Made by a program: the position numbers and the translations under genes. Below, piece after piece: positions 23,830 to 36,480 of a DNA stretch of 64,000 bases. Source of the DNA: Bugula neritina (lineage: Eukaryota > Animalia > Bryozoa); the NCBI GenBank assembly GCA_964035545.1, contig OZ037769.1, forward strand, positions 4,631,929-4,695,928, in the 5' to 3' direction. A model generated the notes under the pieces. That model saw nothing but the letters and a program-made list of their open reading frames with translations. It had not been told where the DNA came from and made no database searches. How positions within the stretch are numbered: the first letter of the stretch is position 1; each line of letters starts with the position of its first letter.

Positions 23830-24158
23830 ATATTTAATGTCTGATCGACAATATAACTGTTAGGAAACTGAATACTAATCAAAATCACCTTCGAACCACC
23901 TTTATCCATTAAATTATGGCTACAACTGTTCTATCTAGCAGATCAATATGAAATATGGCAAAAGAAAAAAAGTCAAATAATATTAGTCAATTTTGCTTAT
24001 TAATACTATTTTCTCATTAAGATTTCCATTTATCGCTTTCCAATAAAAATCCAAATGCAGCTATTACAAAACATTTGTGTCTTTCTTTTCATAAAGCAAA
24101 AAATTGAATTAATTAGCACATGAAAGTTAAAATTCAGAAAGCTATTCCAGTAGTATTC

Positions 24159-27100
24159 ATGACCCAACTTTGTAGTTAATGACTTTAGAAACAGGAACTT
24201 CCTTGACTACCTTTAGAGCATAGTTTATAAGTATGTTTTACAAGAAAGTATAAATATAGCTCTTTCCCTATGAGTAGGCAAGTGCAGATATAGGTCACAT
24301 TTTTCCCTTATAGTTTGCTACAAGGCAACTTTTTTAATACAAATAGATGATATATTTAGAATCCATGATTATATTATGTTCCGTGGCCTCAGTATTTGAG
24401 CACCCATTCCCTAATAGCTAACAAGGTGGTGCTGCCATTTGCAACAACAAACATGTTGAAGTAGAAAATTTTTTCTCATTTAAAACTGGCTAATTATGAA
24501 AAAGAGATTATTGAAATTATATAAACTAAGTTGCAATCTGTTGGAAAATAACCGTAAGAACACACATTTATCATCTTTTAGCTATTAATGTATAGGATTG
24601 TCGGAACTTTTTGCACCAGCTGCTAGACAGAAGGAATTAAAACCAGGAAAACATTTCTAACTGTACTATAAGCAGATATTTTATGTGACCATTTATAATT
24701 GTTATGTTGATGCCATCAGCTAATAATTTATTAAAATGGTGTAGATAACTAGCTATAAAGTACTCATTTAAAAGTTTTAAGCTAACGATGTTTTGGATTA
24801 TCACAGAATATTCTGATTTACGGGCTCCTCTCTTAGTACTGGCTGGTAGGATAGAGGATGGCCAGGAAAGATTTACCAGCTGAGCTGTATATAATATGTA
24901 TAATATATTTATTATGTTGTAAGCTTTATATAAATATTAATTCTTTTTTATACTTAAATACTGTCACTGCACATTTTTATTAATAAATTTAAAGTATAGT
25001 TATAAAATAACAATGTGCAGTAAGTTACATTCAAAACTTTGTTATATTTGAATAGAAAATTATGTGTTTGCATACTATAACCTATTACAAAAAAGTTCAT
25101 CCATATGGCATATGCTATTATATTTATTGTAGTTGCAGATTTTTCATCATAGAAACTATTATTTTTAACTTGTCTATTGCTGGTTATAAGCGGTTACATA
25201 GCCAGACTTTTCACAAGTTCGCTTGTTTTTAGTCTGCACAGTTGTTATAAATTGTTAGCCATTTACATACTTTTGTTCAGGGGCTTTGTAAAACAATTCA
25301 CATATTAATAACCTACTATATTATTATTTTAAACTACAAAACCAATTTATAGTTACATCTGATTGAAGGCCGAGATGAGAAATCCCACTTAGAACGTATC
25401 TATAAATTTAACAGTTATGATCTAGTTGCTAGAATTAATTTAGTTAAAACTATTAGCATGATTGGGTTGTATAAATTCTATGTTATGTTCAATAACATTG
25501 CAACTTTTTTAGTTTAACCAACAGAAATTCAACTCTGCTATATGCACTTATGCATGTGGGATTGTTATCATTAAACAAGCCTTGCTTTAACACAGATGCC
25601 GCAGCATTCATAAGCTAATCATGAATGGAATTGTTAAATCAAAATGCAAAGTACAGAAGTACGGATGTCTCTTAGTTTAAGTTTCTAACTTCATATTTTA
25701 AGAAAAATCTCTAATACTTTGAATATTGCTACAAGTGAATCTTATTAATATTTATTGATAAATTATTAATGGGGCTAGAGTTGGCCAGTTGGAATTGTCT
25801 ACTTCTGTCATCAGAAAGAGTTTTCTCCTGTTTGGAGTCTACCACTAAAGATGGATAATTTACCCAAACATTATTAAAAGCTAAACTTATATTATTTAAA
25901 AATTATCATCAGAAAAAATATAGTTCACTAATTTACAAGAGGTCCAATCCAACTCGAATAAAATAAAACCAGCAAATTAAGTAACAATGCTAATTATGCT
26001 ACATATTCAAAACATAATATGCATATAAACCAAAGTATATGAAAAACAAAATTTGCAGAGCACTTGACAGAAAACATAATGTTACTATTACTTTTTGTCT
26101 AATTAACAATGTTTGTTCTTAACAATTTATTCAATAAAACAAAATCATGGAATGTTTTCTGGAATTTTCCAAAATAGTAGCAGGTATTTGGGCATGAGAA
26201 TACCCTACTGCTACTTTGGTACAAGAAGGTGAAGTTGCTCAGGGTCTTCTCTAATTGTAGAAGCGGGTATCGGTATGCCCGCCCTCATCAGCTCAGCAGC
26301 AACAGACACCATAGGATCCCAGGCCAGACTCGCAACAGCTATACATTTGTCATCTCTAAAAACATGACTATAATACATGTGTGATATGGTATAGCGTATA
26401 GTGTGACAATGTAAACTACATTGTGCTCAATATTTTTATTGGCAAACAATGTTACACTAGTTTTAAATTGCAGGTCTCAAGTATTCCAACTGTGAACCAT
26501 GACATTGTCAATGACAGCGATTGCTGCTTGTAACGTTGAAGCTATAATTTTGCACAAATAACATAGCATCTCTGCCCTAGCTTACTAGGAAATGTATAGT
26601 AAGATTTCTGCATTCTCATGGACTAACTGAGTTGATTGAAAAATTGGAATATCAATGATGGCAAAATTCTACAAGCCGCAAGTGAATAAATAATCCAACA
26701 GTGAAACTTGTAAGGAAAATATAGAGTAGTATTCAAAGTAACCTGATGATTAAACCAGCATAGTAGTGAGAACACAACAAGAACACTGGGCAAACAAATA
26801 AGTTACCTTTAAATTGTGCATCCTTTTAATAAAACTTGTAAACAATAAGTAGAACGAGAAAACTTACCTGACAAAGAAAGCCACAAACTTGGAGGATTCG
26901 CCGTGGAATACAATTTCATCTTCTTTTGCATTACCAAAACCTTTAAAAGTAGAAAAATGATTGAATAGTTTTATTGAAATCAAAGCTAGTAGAGTAGGCA
27001 TCATGGAACCTTTCCAAAAGGATTATTCTAAGAATTCACTCCGTTTGAGATATTAAAACAGATATGAAATATATTTCATTCCTAAAGATACTAACTTAGA

Positions 27101-28907
27101 CATATCAGCCCGGAGTTTACCAACTCAATTAAATAAAATATTTTCACCTTTTCGGAAGTCAGTAATTAATTGATGTGTCTAGTACAATTTCTTCACTCAA
27201 CAGTATCAATATTTCCACCATAGATATTACATGGAAACTTCCAACCATGTTTATTACATTATACTGCACAACTTGGGAAATGCTGGTAGAACATGTTTCA
27301 TTGGCTCCAACAAATCTCAAAAAGCAACTTCAACACAGATGGGCAAACCAAACAGAATACCGACCCACTTTATCTAAGCAGTATTAAGGTATACATATAT
27401 AGCTTAGCTAACATTTACAAACATCTCCGATCTATCATAAATTTTGTGCTCATGCTGATAACGTTTCCAGTCAGCTCTGAAGCCCGTGGTAACATAAAAC
27501 TGTTACTAATTATTGCTAACTTTCATTACATGATAATCTTAGCTGCTGCACACACAGCTAAAAAAAGTTCAATGGTTAAACTCTAGACTCTAGAGCATAC
27601 AACCTTTAAACAGTCTAAGAATGCCACCTAGGAAATATATAAATATTTTAACACCGAACAAATGAAGTGTGTCAGGGATTCCTTAAAACATTATCACTTA
27701 TTTTAGACCTTTTCATTTCAGCCATGAAAAGTTACTTTATCTTCTGCATACATACCGCAGTATCTAAATAATTTTCCAAACATGGCTGTCCAAAAGTAAG
27801 GCACACTTCAAGGGTTCCTGTTTAAAACACATGTTCATTCTGGCAGATTTACCTAAAAACACATTATTTGGTTGTTTTAACAAATCAAATCAGTTGGAAG
27901 ATTTACAGGTGATTAAATCATTATGAATAGAATTAAGGAAAAAAGTATAGTATAGTAAAAAGTTATGAAGATGATTAAGAAATAAAATAACTTCAGTTAG
28001 TGCCGAGTCAGTCCTGGAAATCAAATGTGTTCATCTTACATCATCTTACATCAAACTTTTTGGCAAACTACGGGAACCAAGAGTTGGTGAAGCATAAAAA
28101 CAAGTTAAACAGCTTTATGCTATCTCAAAAGCCTTCTGCTGCAGCACTTTTGTGGTCATTAGAAGTTTTAAAGCTTTACAACTCTAACCAACACGGCATA
28201 AAAATACATTAAAGAATACAAAAAATAAAGCATTAATATGAAGGCATTATACCGTGCCATTTACCCTTAGGTGGGTGTGCGCAGGTAGAATACATCTTTG
28301 CTGAATGTGTTGGTACCGGGTTTGTCTAGAGTGATAGGTCGGCTGCCGGTGCATATGGCAGCTTGGTCATACTCTACGGTGTAGTCCGTCCACTCTCGCC
28401 CTCTGAACACCATGTGGTTCATATCTGTGTCCACTGAGAATGCCTGGATTAACGTATTGCATTACGTAATAACGTAACGTAGCACATTTACCGCTTTCTC
28501 CGTTGCAACAGCGCAAATAATAATCATCATACAAAGTACATAGAAGTAGTTTAATAAACTTCTGTAGACAAATGTGACATTACAATATATATTTTATCAA
28601 CTTCTACAGTACGGTAATAAATATTTAGTCATAACAATATTAAAAAAAAGAGACCATTAATTAATATAAACATAAGTTAAAATAAATGAGATGGATTTAT
28701 CTGTGTGCAACAGCTTCCAGTCAAGCCAATTCAATCACAGTAGTCCCATAAGTTCACACAGAGTATGCAATTATTGTTGTTTTAAAAAAAAACACCCATT
28801 TTACTGCAACTGTGGTTAAACAAGAGAGCCTTTTAAAAAGAGCAGAAAAGATATTCAGCTTGCAATCTATATAAAAACCGGATGCAGGACTTCATGTACT
28901 TAATCTT
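24159..28907 (-). pseudogene. AIFM3-like partial duplicate, unit 2
   Basis: Exon copies 26355-26211 and 26940-26868 are intact. 27852-27756 has a 2-nt deletion. 28443-28270 is truncated with TAA at the junction. Confidence 0.85.
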
Positions 28908-29270
28908 ATACCAAAGTTGACTGTACTTGCTTTGCAGGTAATACTCAATGTCTGATAGACAATATAACTGTTAGGACACTGAATACTAATCAAAATCACC
29001 TTCAAATCACCTTCACCCATTAAATTATGGCTACAACTGTTCTATCTAGCAGATCAATAGGAAATATGGCAAAAGAAAAAAAATCAAATAATATTAGTCA
29101 ATTTTGCTTATTAAATACTATTTTCTCATTAAGATTTCCATTTATCGCTTTCCAATAAAAATCCAAATGCAGCTATTACAAAACATTTGTGTCTTTCTTT
29201 TCATCAAGCAAAAAATTAAATTAATTAGCACAAGAAAGTTAAAATTCAGAAAGCTATTCCAGTAGTATTC

Positions 29271-32200
29271 ATGACCCAACTTTGTAGTTAATGACTTTAG
29301 AAACAGGAAATTCCTTGATTACTTTTAGAGCATAGTTTATAAGTCTGTTTTACCAGAAAGTATAAATATAGCTTTTTCCCTATGAGTAGGCAAGTGTAGA
29401 TATAGGTCACATTTTTCCCTTATAGTTTGCTACAAGGCAACTTTTTTAATACAACTAGATGATATATTTAGAATCCATTATTATATTATGTTCCGTGGCC
29501 TCAGGTTTCGAGCACTCATCTCTGATAGCTAGCAAGGTGGTGCTGCCATTTGCAACAACAAAGAAGTTGAAGTAGAACATTTTTTCTCATTTAAAACTGG
29601 CTAATTATGAAAAAGAGATTATTAAAACTATATAAACAAAGTTGCAATCTGTTGGAAAATAACCGTAAGAACACACATTTATCATCTTTTAGCTATTAAT
29701 GTATAGGATTGTCGGAACTTTTTGCACCAGCTGCTAGACAGAAAGAATTAAAACCAGGAAAACATTTCTATCTGTACTATAAGCAAATATTTTATGTGGC
29801 CATTTATAATTGTAATGTTGATGCCATCAGCTAATAATTTATTAAAATGATGTAGATAACTAACTATAAAGTACTCATTTACCAATTTTAAGCTAATGAT
29901 GTTTTGGATTATCAGAGAATATTCTGATTTACGGGCTCCTCTCTTAGTACTGACTGGTGGGATAGAGGATGACCATGCAAGAAAGATTTACCAGCTGCGC
30001 TGTATATAACATGTATAACATATTTATGATGTGGTAAGCTTTATATAAAAATTAATTGCTTTTTATAGTTGAATACTGTCATTGCACATTTTTATTAATT
30101 AATTTAAAGTATTGTTATAAAATAAAAATGTGCAATAAGTTACATTCAAAACTTTGTTATATTTGAACAGAAAATCATGTATTTGCATACTATAATCTAT
30201 TTAAAAAAAGAACACCCATATGGCATACGCCAAGTATATTTATTGTAGCTGCAAATTTTTTATCATAGAAACTATTATTTTTAACTTGTCTATGGTTGGT
30301 TATAAGCTGTTATATAGCCAGACTTTTCACAAGTTTTTAATTTGCCCGTGATTACAAATTGTTGGCCATTTGCATACTTTTGTTCAGGTGCTTTGCAAAA
30401 CAATTTATGTATTAATAATCTACTATATTATTAATTTAAACTACAAAACCATTTTTTAGTTACACCTGATTGAAGGCCGAGATGAGAAATCTCGCTTAGA
30501 ACGTATCTATAAATTTAACAGTTATGATCAAGTTGCTAGAGTTAGTTTAATTAAAACTATTAGCATAATAGGGTTGTATAGATTTTATGTTATGTTGAAT
30601 AACATTGCAACTTTTTTATTTTAATCAACAGAAATTCAACTTTACTATATGCACTTATGCATGTGAGATTGTTATCATTAAACAAGCCTTGCTTTAACAC
30701 AGATGCCGCAGCATTCAAAAGCTAATCATGAACTGAAGTGTTAGATCAAAATGTAAAGTGCAGAAGCACGGATTTCTCTTAGTTTAAGTTTCTAACTTTA
30801 TATTTTAAGAAAAATCTCCGATATTTTGGATATTGCTACGGGTAAATCTTATTAATATATTCATTGATCAATTAGTAATGGGGCTAGAGTTGGCCAGTTG
30901 GAATCGTCTACTTCTATTACATTGAATGAATGATGAAATAAATATTTTGTTCTGTTGGTGTAAAGTGACGATAATTTCAAGTAGTAATTAATATTATTCA
31001 GCTTGAGAATTAGATTATATATACCAAAGATTAGCTGCTAGTATAATAAAAGAAAAGTACATTGGAGAAAACAGCAGTTGAGCGGTAGTTATACAAACAT
31101 TCTTTCTGCGAATGGTTTCGCTAATGTAGCTTTAAAATCTTAGTGTGTGTTATTAGTTACTAAGGCTAATACTTTGATCGATGCGTGTTCGGTAACCACG
31201 AGTACCCTGGGTACGCGTAGGGGTAACTACCTATTCTATCGCTTACACTCGTTTACAATAATTACGCAATGTCAGAGTAAAATTACTGTAATTGCTCGAA
31301 TAATTGCGCCCTACGCGTGATGGTTACCGAATGGTCATCGCGTAGGGCCTACAGTTACCCCTACGCATAGGGAATCCGAAAGCGCCCTAAGTTTCTAACT
31401 TCATATTTTAAGAAACATCTCTAACACTTTGAATATTGCTACAAGTAAAGCTTATTAATATTTATTGATCAATTATTAATGGGGCTAGAGTTGGCCAGTT
31501 GGAATCGTCTACTTCTATTACCAGAAAGAGCTTTCTCTTGTTTGAAGTCTACCACTAAAGATGGATAATTTACCCAAACATTATTAAAAGCTAAACTTAT
31601 ATTATTTAAAAATTATCATCAGAAAAAATATAGTTCACCAATTTACAAGAGGCCCAATCCAACTCGGATAAAATAAAAACCAGCAAATTAAGTAACAATG
31701 CTAATTATGCTACATATTCAAAACATAATATTATGCATATAAACCAAAGTATATGAAAAACTAAATTCGCAGAGCACTTGACAGAAAACATAATGTTACT
31801 ATTACTTTTTGTCTAATTAACAATGTTTGTTCTTAACAATTTATACAATAAAACAAAATCATGGAATGTTTTCTGGAATTTTCTAAAATAGTGGCAGGTA
31901 TTTGGGCATGAGAATACCCTACTGCTACTTTGGTACAAGAAGGTGAAGTTGCTCAGGGTCTTCTTTAATTGTAGAAGCGGGTATCGGGATGCCCGCCCTC
32001 ATCAGCTCAGCAGCAACAGACACCATAGGATCCCAGGCTAGACTCGCAACAGCTATACATTTGTCATCTCTAAAAACATGACTATAATACATGTGTGGTA
32101 TGGTATAGACTATAGCGTATAGTGTGACAATATAAACTACATTATGCTCGATACTTTTATTGGCAAACAATGTTACATTAGTTTAAAATTGCAGGTCTCA

Positions 32201-34230
32201 AGTATTCCAGCACAACTGTGAAGCATGACATTGTCTATGACAGCGAATGCTGCCTGTAACGTTGAAGTTATAATTTTGCACAAATAACATAACATCTTTG
32301 CCCTAGCTTACTAGGAAATGTATAATAAGATTTCTGCATTCTCATGGACTAACTGAGTTGATTGAAAAATTGGAATGTCAATAATGGCAAAATTCTAAAA
32401 GCCGCAAGTGAATAAATAATCCAACAGTGAAACTGGTAAGGAAAATATAGAGTAGTATTCAAAGTAACCTGATGAATAAACCAGCATAGTAGTGAGAACA
32501 CAACAAGAACACTGGGCAAACAAATAAGTTACATTTAAATTGTGCATCCTTTTAATAAAACTTGTAAACAATAAGTAGAACGAGAATATGTACCTGACAA
32601 AGAAAGCCACAAACTTGGAGGATTCCCCGTGGAATACAATTTCATTTTTTTTGCATTACCAAAACCTTTAAACGCAGAAAAATGATTAAATAGTTTCATT
32701 GAAATCAAAGCTAGTAGAGTCATACCGCACAACTCGAAAATGCTGGTAGAACATGTTTCATTGGCTCCAACAAATCTCAACAAAAACAGCTTCAACGCAG
32801 AAGGGCAAACCAAACAGAATACTGACCCACTTTATCTAAGCAGTATTAAGGTATTCATATATAGCTTAGCTACCATTTAAAAACATTTCCGATCTATCAT
32901 AAACTTTGTACTCATGCTGATGAGGTTTTCAGTAATATAAAACTTTTATTAACTATTGCTGACTTTCATTGCATGATATTCTTACCTGCTGCACACACAG
33001 CTTAATCATTTGGCAAACTTTAAAAGCTTAAAGGTTAAACTCTAAAGCATACAACCCTCATACCATTGAACTATAACTTATAGTTTAAGTTCATGCCTCA
33101 AACAGTCTAAGAATGCCACCTAGGAAATATATAAATATTTTAACACCGCACAAATGAAGTGTGTCAAGGATTCCTTAAAACATTATCACTTATTTTAGAC
33201 CTTTTCTTTTCAGCCATGAAAAGTTACTTTATCTTCTGCATACATACCGCAGTATCTAAATGATTTTCTAAACACGGCTGTCCAGAAGTAAGGCACACTT
33301 TTCAAGGGTTCCTCTTTAAAACACATGTTCATTCCTGCAGATTTACCTAAAAACACATTATTTGGTTGTTTTAACAAATCAAATCAGTTGGAAGATTTAC
33401 AGGTGATTAAATCATCATAAACTTTCATGAATAGAATTAAGGAAAAAAGTATAGTAAAGTAAAAAGTTATGCAGATGATTAAGAAATAAAATAACTTCAA
33501 TTAGTGCAGAGCCAGTACTGGAAAAAAAACGTGTTCATCTTACATCATCTTACATCAAACTTTTTGGCAAACTACGGGAGCGAGAGTTGGTGAAGCATAA
33601 AAACAAGTTAAACAGCTTTATGTTATCTCAAACGCCTTCTGCTGCGGCCCTTTTGTGCGTCATTAGAAGTTTTAAAGCTTTACAACTCTAACCAACACGG
33701 CATAAAAATACATTAAAGAATATAAAAAATAAAGCATTAATATGAAGGCATTATACCGTGCCATTTACCCTAGGCGGGTGTGCGCAGGTAGAATACATCT
33801 TTGCTGAATGTGCTGGTACCGGGTTTGTCAAGAGTGATAGGTCGACTGCCGGTGCATATGGCAGCTTGGTCATACTCTACGGTGTAGTCCGTCCACTCTC
33901 GCCCTCTGAACACCATGTGGTTCATATCCGTGTCCACTGAGAATGCCTGGATTCACGTATCACATAACGTATTAACGTAACGTATAACATTTACCACTTT
34001 CTTCGTTACAAAAGTAGAAATAATCATCATACAAAATACATAGAAGTAGTTTAATAAACTTCTGTAGACAAATGTGACATTACAATATATATTTTATCAA
34101 CTTCTACAGTAATAAATATTTAGTCATAACAATACTATAAAGGAGAGACCATTAATTGATATAAACATAAGTTATAATGAATGAGATGGATTTATCTGTG
34201 TGCAACAGCTTCCAGTCAAGCCAATTCAAT
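29271..34230 (-). pseudogene. AIFM3-like partial duplicate, unit 3
   Basis: Exon copies 32069-31925 and 33346-33248 are intact. 32665-32594 has a 1-nt deletion. 33946-33773 is truncated with TAG at the junction. Confidence 0.85.
31176..31388. mobile_element. Foldback/MITE-like fragment with internal inverted repeats (possibly PIF/Harbinger end)
   Basis: Inverted pairs TTCGGTAACCA/TGGTTACCGAA and GCGTAGGGGTAACT/AGTTACCCCTACGC. Ends GCGCCC|TAA. Absent from the sister units. Confidence 0.5.
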
Positions 34231-36480
34231 CACAATAGTCCCATAAGTTCACACAGAGTATGCAATTATTGTTTTAAAAAAACACCCATTTTACTACTAC
34301 TGTGGTTAAACAAGAGAGCCTTTTAAAAAGGGCAGAAGAGATATTCAGTTTGCAATCTATATAAAAACCGGATGCAGGACTTCATGTACTTAATCTCATG
34401 ACCTGAACAAAGTTACCAACTTTGTAGTTAATGACTTTAGAAACAGGAAATTCCTTGATTACTTTTAGAGCATACGGTTACTTCATAAGTCTGTTTTACC
34501 AGAAAGTATAAATATAGCTCTTTTTCCACGAGTAAGCAAGTGTAGATATAGGTTACATTTTCTCCTTATAGTTTGCTACTAGGCAGCGTTTTATACAACT
34601 AGATAGCCTAATATATTTAGAATCCATTATTATATATGTTCTGTGGCCTCAATATTTGAGCACTCATTCTCTGTGAGCTAACAAGGTGGTGCTGCCATTT
34701 GCAACAACAAACATGTTGAAGTAGAACATTTTTTCTCATTTAAAACTGGCTAATTATGAAAAAGAGATTATTGAAACTATATAAACTAAGTTGCAATCTG
34801 TTGGAAAATAACCGTAAGAACACACATTTATCATCTTTTAGCTACTAATGTATAGGATTGTCGGAAGTTTTTGCACCAGCTGCTAGACAGAAGGAATTAA
34901 AACCAGGAAAACATTTCTAACTGTACTATAAGCAGATATTTTATGTGACCATTTATAATTGTAATGTTGATGCCATCAGCTAATAACTTATTAAAATAGT
35001 GTAGATAACTAGCTATAAAGTACTCATTTAAAAGTTTTAAGCTAATGATGTTTTGGATTATCAGAGAATATTCTGATTTACGGGCTCCTCTCCTAGTACT
35101 GGCTGGTAGGATAGAGGATGACCAGGAAAGATTTACCAGCTGAACTGTATATAATATGTATAATATATTTATTATGTTGTAAGCTTTATATAAATATTAA
35201 TTGCTTTTTATACCATCAGGTACTACTTGAATACTGTCATTGCACATTTTTATTAATTAATTTAAAGTATAGTTATAAAATAAAAATGTGCAGTAAGTTA
35301 CATTCAAAACTTTGTTATATTTGAATAGAAAATCATGTATTTACATACTACTGATAATGTTATACTATATTCTGGTGATTTGAGTTTCATGGATAAATGA
35401 GTTCAAAAAAGATCATCCATATGGCATATGCCAAGTATATTTATTGTAGCTGCAGGTTTTTCATCATACAAACTTTTATTTTTAACTTGTCTATTGCTGG
35501 TTATAAGCGGTTATATAGCCAGACTTTTCAAAAGTTCACATGTTTTTAATCTGCACTGTAATTATAAATTGTTAGCCATTTGCGTACTTTTGTTCAGATG
35601 CCTTGTAAAAGAATTCACATATTAATAACCTACTATATTATTAATTTAAACTACAGAACCATTTATTTTTTTGAGTTACAGCTATGATCAATATGCTATA
35701 ACCAGTGTAATTAAAGCTATTAGCATGATTGGGTTGTATAAATTCTATGTTATGTTCAATAAAATTGCAATTTTTTTAGTTTAACCAACAGAAATTCAAC
35801 TTCGCTATATGCACTTATGCATGTGGGATTGTTATCATTAAACAAGTCTTGCTTTAACACAGATGCCGCAGCATTCAAAAGCTAATCATGAACTGAAGTG
35901 TTAGATCAAAATGTAAAGTGCAGAAGCACGGATGTCTCTTAGCTCAAGTTTCTAACTTTATATTTTAAGAAAAATCTCTAACACTTTGAATATTGCTACG
36001 GGTAAATCTTATTAATATTTATTGATCAATTATTAATGGGGCTAGAGCTGGCCAGTTGGAATTGTCTACTTCTATTACCAGAAAGAGTTTTCTCCTGTTT
36101 AGAGTCTACCACTAAAGATGGATAATTTACCCAAACATTATTAAAAGCTAAACTTATATTATTTAAAAATTATCATCAGAAAAAATATAGTTCACCAATT
36201 TACAGGAGGTCCAATCCAACTCGGATAAAATAAAACCAGCAAATTAAGTAACAATGCTAATTATGCTACATATTCAAAACATAATATTATGCATATAAAC
36301 CAAAGTATATGAAAAACTAAATTCGCAGAGCACTTGACAGAAAACATAATGTTACTACTAATTTTTGTCTATGTAACAATTTTTGTTCTCAACAATTTAT
36401 CCAATATAACAAAATCATGGAATGTTTTCTGGAATCTTCTATTACAGTTGCAGGTATTTGGGCGCTAGAACACCCTACTG

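Noticed and set aside
23830-23909. N-terminus of the 220-aa gag ORF
   Set aside because: Lies in host sequence beyond the insertion junction; chance in-frame extension.
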